A stretch of 64,000 bases of DNA from Eledone cirrhosa (taxonomy: Eukaryota), in assembly GCA_964016885.1 (NCBI GenBank), contig OZ024741.1:231818001-231882000 (forward strand), in the 5' to 3' direction. Positions 41,811-55,078 of this stretch are shown piece after piece. The stretch's first letter is position 1. Each line of letters starts with the position of its first letter. The notes under the pieces were generated by a model that saw only the letters and a program-made list of their open reading frames with translations, did no database searches and was not told where the DNA came from. The position numbers and the translations under genes are program-made.

Positions 41811-44283
41811 TTCAAAATATTAACAATTAGATTGGAAGCACTCAACAGTAATGTTTTTCCGGAGTTATTAATATTAATCGAAAATATTAACAAGAATAGA
41901 CATTCTTGTGATCAAGTATATTTTATTATACATATTTCAGAGGTACTGAGCTAACTTCAACAGTACGTCCTCATCAGATAAAATAAAATGATGCATGACA
42001 TACCCTGACATAGTAGATGGTTAAGATTCAGTCATGGTTGTGAATAAGATATGACAAAACTCAATATTTATAAAACTTAAGATTGAGACATGAACAAATT
42101 TACATATAATACAGAGGGTGCGTTTGAGAAAGCTTAAAAATACATAATAGCAATTTACATAACTGTTAGACATTCAAATAATTTAAATTATTGAAGAAAG
42201 AAGAAAGAAGAAAGACAGATAGAAACAGATGAGGAGAAAATATAGTTACTAGAAGTATAGAAAGCAAAAGAGAATTGATCAAGAATAGAGAGACAAGGAG
42301 TAATAATTTTTATAGTATAAAGCATAGGGATGGAGGTTTGTATTGTCGTGGATGAATAGGGTGTGATTAGATAATGCAAAAATTATATATATATCTATAC
42401 AAACACATGAATATACATTTAGGCATAGCTTTGTGAAAGAGTAAACTCGAATTTTGAATTATTGAATAATCTAGAAGTATCCATCAATCTAAATATTAAA
42501 TATCTGGGTGTAATTATATGAGGTTTTAATTTCGAGTCCTTAGTTAATTAGAAATATACTAACAATTAATTATTTTCACTATATATATCTAAACGTGACC
42601 GTTAAATTTCAAATCATTTATGTTAGTTCAGAATAATGAAAATGTATAATATTTCAGGCTATAAAAGTGTATAAATATCTATATTAATATTAAAGTATAA
42701 TATCATATTTAAAGTATTTGCAAACATGAGAAGGAAGACTTAATATTTTCATCCTCACGAAGGTAATCCATATTAAATTATATTATCTTATTTTATATTA
42801 AAAAACAATTTGTTATATTGAAATAATTAACATTATATAATTTAAAAAATAATTACAGTTATAACTTTAAAAATTTAAAATTAACAATTAGAATGCCTTA
42901 AAGTATCTAAAGGCCTTATAATTAAACTTAAAAAAGGGTATTATTAAATTAGATATATGGATTAGTCTAAATATATACAAAGAGCATATTGTCTAAAATC
43001 AAGACGATATTAGTCAGTTATAGATAACATAATATAATATAATATAATAAATAAGTTTATGTTAATATTGTTAAAAATTAAGGTTATTATATTAGGTTCA
43101 TGTAATACATATATACTATAAATATACAAATCAAACTTCATGAATCATAAGGATAAGAACTAGATTCAAAGTAAAAAAGTAAATTGTTTGCGATCATAAA
43201 AGTGCCAAATATCTAAGCTATATAATTTAAAAATACAAGAAAATGTTTTAAGAATCTATATTGTAGTATAATAACATAAGTAAAGTGTCGGCAAAGAGAA
43301 AACTTAAGATTTTCATTGACCCGAAGGTAATGCGAATTTAATTAAATTTAAAAAATAATAATCGTTATATAATTTAGAAAATATTTAACAATTATAACAC
43401 TAGAATGTCCTTAAGTATCTAAAGTACTTATAAATATATCTAGAAGCATGTTATTATACTATATATACACATTTGTCCAAATATACATAGAGTATCCTAT
43501 TAGGAACTCAAGACGATATTCGTGATCCATATACATATAATAAATAATAAATACAATCATTGTTAGTATAGTTATAATTGAAGTTTTACATCAGGTTAAG
43601 TGGAAAAAGTGTGTCGACGAGGATAGTGTGTGACGCATATGCATAAATATATATAAAAATATAAATATATAAATGAAACATCCTGAATCGCAAAACTAAC
43701 ATACTCCAATGAAGAAATAAACAATTACATAAATGCATGAAGGATTTACGGTTCATTAGAACTATTAACCATATAAGCTATATATTTAAAAAATATATAC
43801 AAGCATCTCAATCAAATTAAATGTATCTACACAATCAAATGATATGCATATTCATCAAGAGATCATGTTAACAATCTATATGTTTATATACTTATATAGA
43901 ACTCATTAATCTAACATTAATCCTAACTTAAAAGAATAACAAATAAAAAAATGATTATAAGGTTTTATAATCTGTTATAAGGTTTTAGGCACTCAGTTGA
44001 TAAGAGACGTCAAAAATTAGAACCTATTTATTAAGTGTTTTTTCCTTACTTTTTGCGAGGCTTGGAATGTAGAGGAAGATTTATGAAGGCAATTTGAGTA
44101 TAAGTCAGTTTTTTTTGTTAATTAAAATTTCATAATTATTAATTATTAATAGGGTTTCCATGGTACAGAGATTGCAGTTAGGTGAGATTGAAGAATTCAA
44201 GTAGATTCGACTATTACACAGCTTTGACCAAGAAATCGAGTATTTTAAATTTTTGTCTTTTAACGACCATATAAGTTGTGATA

Positions 44284-44285
<2 letters not shown>
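41805..44285 (-). mobile_element. 3' end of a Naiad-like PLE with an AT-rich UTR of about 2 kb and an HHR
   Basis: [26 protein letters not shown]; HHR near the far end. Confidence 0.75.
41919..41985 (-). ncRNA. Type I HHR
   Basis: Minus strand: TATTTTAT-CTGATGA-GGAC-GTACTG..CAGTAC-CTCT-GAAA-TATGTA-TA-ATAAAATA; 8-bp stem I. Confidence 0.88.
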
Positions 44286-44356
<71 letters not shown>

Positions 44357-44360
44357 CATA

Positions 44361-44434
<74 letters not shown>

Positions 44435-44444
44435 CATATATATG

Positions 44445-44512
<68 letters not shown>

Positions 44513-44607
44513 ACGAAGGAAATGTGGTAAGGAACCAGGTGGACCATAACGCACCAAAGTACTCAATACTTGGGGTAGTAGAGTGGGTAATAGGGGTCTT
44601 ACTGGTT

Positions 44608-44652
<45 letters not shown>

Positions 44653-44659
44653 ATAATAA

Positions 44660-46180
44660 TAAATTTGAAGACGAAAATCCAAAGAGGGCTCGATAAGGAT
44701 AAATATATAACAAATATATAAGAACCGTAGACCAAATATTTATTAAAATAACAGATTTAAGTTTAAGCAAAGAATCGCTGCTTTCACCCTTTACGGGATC
44801 TTCTGAAACTAACAAATTCAATCTGTAAAGGCAGAAGTGGATATTTCAAAAAACGTTGCAACCGGAGGAAGACAGGAAGACGATACTTTGGTTCGTGGAA
44901 ACGTTCCCTGGCAAAGAACGGGAAAAAACGAATATAATACGTCATTAATAGGAGCGGTGAAAAACAATTACGCGCGAAGACAGAACCACGTTTATGGTAT
45001 GAAAGAACTCGTAGACTAATGTTCTCTTAGGTGGTTCATAGAAACGTTCTCTGGCAATGAACGAAAAAAAACGAAGATAATACGTCATTATGTGGAGCGT
45101 GGAGAACAATTGCACGCGAAGACAAAACCACGTAAATGGTATAGCTGAATCGTAGACTAAATTCTAACTAGGAAACCGAATGAATCTCCGCTTCAGAGTT
45201 AAGAATAAAGTAAATAAATACAATACAGAGGTAATAGAAATTAAATAAATGCATACAGACATTCAAATACGTACATACACAAGCATACGCAAAAAACTTG
45301 CCATAGGTATACAAAACCACGCACATATAAATGTGTGCGTGTGTGTGTATACAAATAAATAAATAATTGAAATAAACGTATATAAATAAATAAATACGTA
45401 TATAACAAGCGCACACAGATACCTACATCTAAATACACAAATGTTCGGAGACGTAAGTCAACCAAAACATGAAGTACACATATACACACACCCTACATAC
45501 GTACGAACCTGCATACCTACGCAGACGCAAAACCTCCGTATACACATAACCAAACCTATGTACCAGAATATATACAAAATGTATACGCCATAACATAATC
45601 AATCAAATATACGTATGAGAAAGTATACGTACCTCACAAAACATACAGGTAATATATACTTACCTATACAAATAAGTAATGGTATAAACATAACATATAC
45701 TTAGCTACCACATAAAGACATACAATATCCGCGTATAGATCCTACTAACCGTTAAGGTACAATGTGGGGCTGTAATACAGGAAAGTTTTGTGCAATTTAT
45801 GTATTTCCAGGACCTCAGCGGCGCAGAGGTCACGTGGTCTTTTATTTCCGTTATACGATCTAGCCCTAGCTAGGATCTCCCTGTGTAACTTAAATTGGGT
45901 GTGATTGTCTTTTAGACTCCAGATATAAGCTGAAAGTGACGTCATATTCCTTCTTAGAGGGTAACGAAAAGAATGGGTATGCATGTAAAGACGCTGCTTG
46001 AATCTATTGGCGGTTAAACCTATGTAGGCGCTACGGGACGTAGGTGTTTCAAATTTACATTTGTAGACAATGTTACTAGAGAGGCATTTCCCGGATAGGG
46101 GGCAATCAACCCGATTCCTACAATTACAGTTAGTACTAACTACAGGGTTGCACGTGTTCCTACAGCTAGGTAGTTTAGCC
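44660..46180 (-). mobile_element. 5'-truncated Naiad-like PLE (GIY-YIG, UTR and pLTR)
   Basis: ORF 45745-46182 contains CNCRNRVDCPLSGKCL..IVY..AYIGLTANRFKQRLYMH; homologous to 13345-14945. Confidence 0.9.
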
Positions 46181-48785
46181 AATGGATTACAATGCCTACC
46201 GTAATTTTATCTATAAGGAGCTGCATAAGAATTATAAAAAGACAACGCAAGATAATTTGGATCATATCAATAATGAGGGTCTCAAGATAGTTTCGGACCT
46301 GGGCCTTGATAAGTATACCCAGCCATATTGCCCTAGGGAACCGAGATTCACCCTTAAGGATCATAAGGTAGACTTCATTAGTAATCCTTCTGTTAGACTC
46401 ATTAGTCCTTCTAAGTCTGATATAGCTATTATTAGTAAGACAATCCTTGACCAGCCGTTAGGGAAAAGGTTCATTTTAATTTATGGGGGAACACTAAGAT
46501 GTTATAGATTGGTTCTCTGGAATTAATAAACTTGAGTCTAGTAGGTTTATCCAGTTTGATATTGATGCCTATTACACGTCAATTTCACCTATCCTCCTTA
46601 ATAAAGCCTTAATTATGGCCATGCGAGTGTCTAGCCTTACACGACCGCAGATTGATGTGATACAAGCAGCCCGTAGGACTATCATCAATTCGAGGATACA
46701 CTTTGGACGCGTAAAAACACACCCAACAATTTCGACGTTACAATGGGTTCGAGTGATTCAGCCCAGGTAACTGATCTTGTTGGGCTGTTGCTTCTTAATG
46801 AACTGTATGTTACCTTTCCGCAACTAAAAGGCGGACTTTATCGTGACGATGCTTTGTTTGTGATAAACTCTAGTACCAACAACATTGAGCATAATAGGAA
46901 GAAACTTTATACATTTTGTTAAAGTTTTAACCTTTCGATCACGATTGATAGAAATGATAGAGCGGCCAACTTTTTAGATGTGACTTTGGACTTGGTCACT
47001 AATAGTTATAAACCCTTCCATAAGCCAAATGAGATACTCTATAATGTTAATCCCAATTCTAACCACCCAAAATCTATGATTAGCTCTATAATTAACGGTG
47101 TATCTAATAGTTTTTTCCACACTCTCTAAGGATATAGGAATTTTTAATTCGCATGCAGAGTACTATAATAATGCCCTAGCTAACTCTGGTTACTCTGGTA
47201 AAATACGTTATAATGAGAACAACCTTAGAAAGTCTTCGTTTACCAATAATAATAATAACGTAATTTCCCATAATATGGCCATCAATGGGATTAGAAAGCA
47301 TAAGAATCGTAGAAATCCCATAGGTGTATCCGAACCCATCCATAGGTTAAGCTACCGTAATCGTAATAGTGAGTCTAACGATACGCTTTTCGGGATTAGT
47401 TCTAGGGAACAAATTAGGCACTCTGATCGCTCACCCAGTGGGAATGTGTTTGCTAATTCTAATAGGGTTGTTTCAACTGATCCTGGTAGTAACCCTGATT
47501 CTATTGATATGATTCCAGATAACAGTAGATATACTAAAGGTAGAAACAGAAGAAGACTCAATAGGGTTTTGGCTGCTTCTAATAATATTGTTTCAACTAG
47601 TCCTCGTAGAAACCCTGATCCTATTAGTGGGATGCTGGATAACGGTAGAGTTCGTAAGGATAGAAATAGGAGGAGACTCAATACTTATTTTAACCCGCCT
47701 TATGATCATGCGGTGTTAACTAACATCCCTAGGTCTTTCTTTTCTATTTTAGAGAAAAATTTCCCTCCTACTAATAGATACCATGGTAATTTTAATAAAA
47801 ATGTAATTAAACTATCACTCTCTACCACCCCTAATATTAGTTCTCATTTAGCTAGCACTAACAATAAGAACATTAGGGATAGCTACTCTTCTTTGCGTAC
47901 TAATAGATCCATTAATAGATCCATTAATAGATCCATTAATCCCTTACCACCTGAGCAGACCTTATCTTATAATAACCCTAGAAGTGATGCATCACTTATC
48001 AGCCGGTAAATAACACCAGGAAGTGTAACTGTAGAGTAAGTATTAACTGCCCTTTAAATGGTCACTGCCTCTCTAGGAACATTGTTATGCTTGTGAAGTT
48101 AAGACTGATTCTTCTAATAGCACATATATAGGCTCCACATCTAATACTTTTAAAACTAGATTTAATTCTCATATCTCTAATTTTAAGCATGTTAAGTTTA
48201 AGAACTCTACTTCTTTAGCTCACCATATCTGGGATCTTAAAGGGGCAGGCATGCCATATAGCCTTAATTGGCGTATAGTAGCACGCTCTAATAACCTATC
48301 AACAAACACTAAATTCTGTAATCTCTGTATCCTAGAGACCCACTCTATAATTTTCTCTAGGGAAGTTTTGCTTAATAGAAAGTCTGAGATATTTTCTTCC
48401 TGCCCCCATGCCATTTCTAATTATTTCATCTATTATAGACCTAAAAGTTCTGGTAGTTTAAATCGTATCCATTAACTGCTATTTTTGTCCTTATCTTTTT
48501 TGTTTAGGTTCATTTTGATTACCATCATCTTTATTATTATTAGTTTTTTTACAACTTTTCGATTTTAGTTTCCATAGTCTTTTGGCTACCATACCCTATC
48601 TATCGTCTTAAGCATTATTATAGTTTCACTACTAACACCTTATGGGTTTATATCTTATTAAATACTTTGGGTTGGAGTCTCATTCAACTAGTGTACCTCC
48701 TCCTCTACACACTTAATATCCGCCCCTTCTATTATACTATACATCAATTTCACCTTTATGATCCTTTTATGATATTATATAATTG

Positions 48786-48970
48786 TTTCTACTTTAGGCA
48801 CAAGGCCAGCAATTACCCAGTTCATTACTGGTACTTTATTTTATCGACCCCCGTAAGGATGAAAGGCAAAGTCAACCTCGGCGGGATTTGAATTCAGATC
48901 GTAAAGGGACGTAACTATGCTGGAAAGCATAGCGTCCGACCCTCTACCAATACTGCCAATCCACCGCCCT
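48786..48970 (-). mobile_element. Full-length tRNA-derived SINE with a 15-bp TSD
   Basis: atgatattatataat flanks both sides (48769-48783 and 48972-48986). Confidence 0.9.
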
Positions 48971-50187
48971 CATGATATTATATAATATATTGATTTTACT
49001 TTTATGCTCCTTCCTATCCTCCATTACCTATCTTCTTTCTGTTTCCATTGGTCTACCATAGTTCTATTTAGAGTCTTTTTATTTGATAACGTCATTCGAC
49101 TGAACTGAGCATATTTTACTCTATTCTTGATTATTTTATTGAAATATCTCAAACTTATACGTTTTTGATGACTTAAAATATAACCAATTTTGAAGTGACT
49201 AAATATGTATTTTAAATACTTTTAATATTAATTAATTTAAAAAGGTTTTCTAGTCAATTCGCCGCTTACATTTCTATCTCTTCTTTTACTTAACCGCTTG
49301 TGACACCTAAGTAAATATACTTGTTTTTGTTTTTTTTTCGATCTTAGGTTTATTTTTTTTTTTTTTTACTACCACACACTGTTTGTCTGACCATGTAATT
49401 TCATTAATATATGTCTGTATGTCAACCACGTAAATATATTTTGTAATATTTTGTGATATTTTGGTAATATTTTTGCTAATGTAAAATGACTTGAACTGCG
49501 TGTATTTGTTACAATGGTATAGATATTTTTTTCAACTCAATGTTTCAACACTATTTAGTTCTATATGATTTTTTCTTACCCTGTGTGAAACTTTATACTA
49601 TTTGTTAACCTTGAATTAATTATATATATGATGTAATTTTGTATATCTTTTGATGCCAATATATTATAATATTGTTATTATAGTGTTATTATAATGTGTT
49701 TATATTGTTTATGCACACTGACAGCGAATTATATATTATATTTTATTTTTACTAGTATCTTTATTCTTATTTTTATCTTTATTATATTATACTGTAAACA
49801 ATATATACATATATATTTAAATACTTAATAAGTGTTAGTCTGTGTTTGTACTAATGTATATGTGTATAGATTTATATATATATACATATATTAAGCTTTT
49901 TATTATCACCATCTATTATACTATATTATATTCTATATCGTACTGTAATTCTCGCATTTTATTGCCATTTGTGTTTCACGTTTTTGCATTATATAATATT
50001 TACAATGTGGGTTCAACATGTTAATCACATCCTTCCTATTTGGTCTATATCTATGTTTGTAACTGCTCGCTCTTAATCTTAGCCTACATTTCCTTGAAAT
50101 CCTTCCTAGGCTTTAATAGATGTATACTCCATATTCTTCTGAGTTTTTGGCTTATATTAGCCGATGGTGCTTCTTGTAGCTTTACAT

Positions 50188-50225
50188 GCCCTGATGAGTC
50201 CTTAATAGGACGAAACATTGTTGGC
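50188..50225 (+). ncRNA. Minimal type I HHR
   Basis: GCC-CTGATGA-GTCC-TTAATA-GGAC-GAAA-CATTG-TT-GGC; triplet GUU. Confidence 0.9.
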
Positions 50226-50374
50226 TAATAAGGACTTTTGATGTATTGAAGGCTTCTTTGGTTTATTTTTTATAATTCTTCGGCTCTGTTTAATTACATT
50301 GAGCTATATCATATACTGTCATTTCTATAATATGAAGAGTGTGTTTAACTCCAACACACTCTAGTATTTCAATT

Positions 50375-50494
<120 letters not shown>

Positions 50495-50554
50495 GAACAC
50501 TGGAAGGTAAACCGTAGTGGTAGAGCACTTAGTCCATGGGACGAGTTTGGTAGG

Positions 50555-50842
50555 AGTAGTAACACTACGGTTAGTTCACCATACCGAGAACAATTGTTTC
50601 ACCTTATGCGGATATTCAGCTCGGACTATTAATGGTTATACGGAACAGGAAGAACAACCTTATGAACGCGCATGCGCAGAAACGGTCACTTCATCTAAGC
50701 CATACAAAAGTAACCATTTCTGCGCATGCGTGTTCATACGGCTGTTCTTCCTGTTCCGTATAACCATTAACAGTCCGAGCTGAATATCCGCATAAGGTGA
50801 AACAATTGTTCTCGGTATGGCGACTTAAATGTAGTGTTACTA

Positions 50843-50844
<2 letters not shown>
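50555..50844. repeat. Palindrome of about 290 bp with an HHR 3' half on each arm
   Basis: GAAA-CAATTG-TT at 50799-50810, mirrored at 50589-50600; loop at about 50692-50706. Confidence 0.9.
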
Positions 50845-50924
<80 letters not shown>

Positions 50925-51319
50925 TATATGCATATGGGATAAAAATTATCGTATTAGGTAATCCAGTAACATGATGTGAGTACTCCGTATTGTGGATACT
51001 TTTAACGTACCACGTTGTTTGACTCAACAAGAGATTTCCTTAGTTATGTGGCGAGTTCTTGGGAATTCCTTTGTTGGTTAATCTTGGAGTAAATAATAGT
51101 GAATAAGTGAAGAATAACTTAGGCATACATTGTATTTAAAATTGAGTGAGACAACTCCAAGTGATTAGCAATTTTTAGACACCCTAATCAATGAAACAAT
51201 TGTTAATACTGTATATAAAACCCTTTTTGCACTGTTGACTATGTTATTCTTCACTCTTTCACACACACACATATATAAACAATCTCCGGTTAAAGCAGCG
51301 ATTCTTTGCTTAAACTTTA

Positions 51320-51355
<36 letters not shown>

Positions 51356-51512
51356 CGAAGGAAATGTGGTAAGGAACCAGGTGGACCATAACGCACCAAA
51401 GTACTCAATACTTAGGGTAGTAGAGTGGGTAATAGGAACCAGTAAGACCCCGACGGCTGAGCTCAAGCCGTTTCTGAGTCCAGTGAGCTCAGCCGTCGGG
51501 GTCTTACTGGTT

Positions 51513-51554
<42 letters not shown>

Positions 51555-51558
51555 TATG

Positions 51559-51638
<80 letters not shown>

Positions 51639-51698
51639 TATGTATGTATATATATATATATATATACATATATATGTATGGATATATATATATATATA

Positions 51699-51948
51699 GA
51701 AAAAGAGATGAAATCGAAAATGCAACAGTCTTATTTCTTAAAAAATATATATATTTATTTGGTTCCTTTACCGGTTTCGCAGTTCTTCTGCTTTTCAAAA
51801 GGTGAGTTGAGAAAAACCACAGACCCTCCATCTCATCTCACCTTTTGAAAAGCAGAAGAACTGCGAAACCGGTAAAGGAACCAAATAAATATATATATTT
51901 TTTTTTAAAATAAAACTCCAGTTGCATTTTCGATTTCATCTCTTTTTC
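51699..51948. repeat. Palindrome of about 250 bp with an HHR 3' half on each arm
   Basis: Arms 51699-51812 and 51831-51948, each containing ctgc-GAAA-CCGG-TA. Confidence 0.9.
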
Positions 51949-52013
51949 TTTATACTTTCACTCGTGTAGGACACCTCGGTTATTTTCAATTTGTAAAAAA
52001 AAAAAACCCTCAC

Positions 52014-52055
<42 letters not shown>

Positions 52056-52621
52056 GTGAGGGTTTTTTTTTTTTACAAATTGAAAATAACCGAGGTGTCC
52101 AACAGCAAATTACAGAGAGATATAAAAAAACTACTGGACGACCTTAAAAACACCAAAGGAATTGTAGTAAAAGCGGACAAAACATCAAACCTGTACACTA
52201 TGGATTGCACTACATACAACAACTTCATTCGAAAAGAATTACATAAAAAATATAGAAAAACGAGTGAAGTAACCCTTAAGCACATCAATGATGAGGCATG
52301 CGAAATAGTGAAAAATCTCGGAATCGAAGATAGGACAGGACCACTCTTACCGGCGGTACCCACCTTCAATCTTAAGGACCACAAGGTAAACTTTGATAAT
52401 GACCCTAAAATTAGATTAATCCCTCTAAATCAGATATAGGTAAAATAAGCAAATATATCTTAGATAGAATCATCCCCCAAATTAAGGCTAAGGTTAACAT
52501 TAAACTCTGGGGGAAGACCCAAGAAGCAATAAGATGGTTTAATAGCATTAGCAATAAGAATAAATCTAAGTTTATCCAGTTTGATATCGATGAATATTAC
52601 TCATCGATATCACCTGAAACT

Positions 52622-54028
52622 TTGAATAGAGCCATTAAGTTTGCTAAGGATAACTCTGACCTTACAAACGATGAAATTAAGATTATATTAGAAGCTAGGA
52701 AAACTATAGTCAAATTTGAGAACAGTTATTGGGTACGTAAAGATAGACCCTCTAACTTTGACATAACAATGGGCTCTAACGATTCGGCGGAAATAACTGA
52801 TATTGTGGGGTTATTTATCGCCTTTAGACTCCAGGAAAAATTCAGCAATCTCCACGGCGGAATATACCGCGACGATGTTCTCCTCCTAGCTAAAAACCTT
52901 AATAACCAAAAACTAGAAAAACTACGCAAAGTTATAAGAAAACTACTACTCGAAATAGGACTAACTATAACATATGAATACAACCTTAAAGTAGTTAACT
53001 TCCTGGATGTCACACTCAATTTAAACTCTGGTTTGATTAAACCGTTTCATAAATTGAATGAAAATCTCAAATACGTAAATGTTGGGTCTAACCACCCCAT
53101 CTCTATAATTAAATCTATCCCTAAAAATATTTCCCTTAAAATCTCGGGTCTATCTTCTAACATACAAGTATTTAAGGAACACGCCGAGTACTACGATAAC
53201 GCCCTTAGTAAAGCAGGCTACCTCAACAAAATAGAGTACATAGATGGGAACAATCAAAACACCCAAAATAAATCCCACATAGGTAGATATAATAACACAA
53301 CACCAAACCACACTTACTACCATAGTATGCACACCAGTAAACCAACAAACAAAACTAATAGAAAGCGATGCAAAGAGTACTTATGGTATAACCCCGAATA
53401 CAATAGCTCCATTAGTACAAATTTACCAGTACTCTTCTTTAAAATAATTCAAAGACATTTTCCCACATCACACAAATACCACAAAATCCTAAACCCTACC
53501 ACTATAAGACTGTCATACTCTACAGCGTTAAACCTTGAACAACACATAAAAAAGATCAATACTAGAAGGTTAAACGAAAACACTAAGAACTTAAGTACAA
53601 AGAACACAAAAAAAACAGTAGACAATACACTACAGAACATAAATAAACCACACCTAAGTTCGTCCGCAATACTACTCCAGAGAAAACCCAACGTACACAA
53701 CTGTAACTGCACCTATCCTGACAACTGCCCCCTCGGCAATAACTGCCTGGAAAAAAATATTATTTATAAGTGTACCATTAAATCCGGAGGCAACGAGTGG
53801 TATTACGTGGGATCAACGGCAACATCGTTTAAATCTCGATTGTATAGGCATTCTTACTCAATAAAACACCAGAGCCAAAGAAATGTAACAACTTTAGCAG
53901 AAAAAGCTTGGACGCTCAGGGATAGCAATCAAAAGTTTACCCTAAAATGGGAAAAATTAGCTAAAACCCAAAGCTTTTCCAGGAGCCAAATTTCTGCAAA
54001 TTGTGTAATCTTGAGATTTATTACATAA
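52622..54028 (+). pseudogene. PLE reverse transcriptase plus GIY-YIG endonuclease ORF fragment (468 aa)
   Basis: MGSNDSAEITDIVG, YRDD, NFLDV, WYNP, CNCTYPDNCPLGNNCL, IIY..YYVGST..FKSRLYRH; frameshifts at both ends. Confidence 0.9.
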
Positions 54029-54447
54029 TCACACACAAGAAGAAACTGCTGAATAACAGAATTGAATGAACATTATTCTGCCGTCACAGAACTAAAACCC
54101 TTTTTTCCCACTACAAGCCGAATATTACATAAAAGAGGGACATCCCCCAACTATATAAACCTTAATCTAGTTAGAAAAATATAAAAACAATCTCTTCTCA
54201 ACATATATTAATAACCTTAAATTACCATACTAATAATGAAAAGATATGCTGATGAGAATAGGTACAAATATGCGATAATGAATGTGTCTGAAAACGTCCA
54301 TAAGTATGTATATATATGTGAAAATGTATATAAATAAGTAAATATATATATATATTTGATGTGTATAGTTAGATGTAAGTGTATTCATGTATTAAAGTGC
54401 TTATATATATATGTATGTGTATATGTGTGTATATGTATGTGTGTGTA

Positions 54448-54522
<75 letters not shown>

Positions 54523-55078
54523 ATATGTGTATATGGATGTGTATGTATGTGTATGTGTGTACACATGGACTAGAGTATGTATGTATATATGTGTGTGTCT
54601 ATACGTGTGTATATAAAGATAAGTTGAGTATGAAAATGTATACACCTGAGCGCGTATGTATGTACATGAATACATGTGTGTAGATATATGTGTATGCATG
54701 TGTATATATATGTAAGTATGAATATGTGAATTGTGAGTATATGTATTTTGTAGAGGTGTGCAAATATATTTGTGTGTGAATGCGTGGGTGAAAGGATACG
54801 TACACTTGAAAGAAAAATTTAAGTCTGAATGTTAATTAAGTGCAAACACAAAACCAACCACGCATATCTTTACCATCTCTAATCCTTCTATAGATTTAGA
54901 AAAATAACCAATAATATATTCTATAAAAAATGTCAAAACAACAGATGGGAATCTAATTACTCACTGCCACCAAGAATTCTCACTGCTATCGAAAAACCAC
55001 TCCTTCAACTATTCTTCTAACAACTTCACCCCTCCCTCCTAATATTCTCTATAAAAACTAAATAGGTCCTCAGTAATA

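Noticed and set aside
54244-54302. CTGATGA..GAAAACGTC with a short TATG/CATA stem
   Set aside because: Stem II does not pair convincingly and stem III mismatches; the element has a better HHR at 55079.
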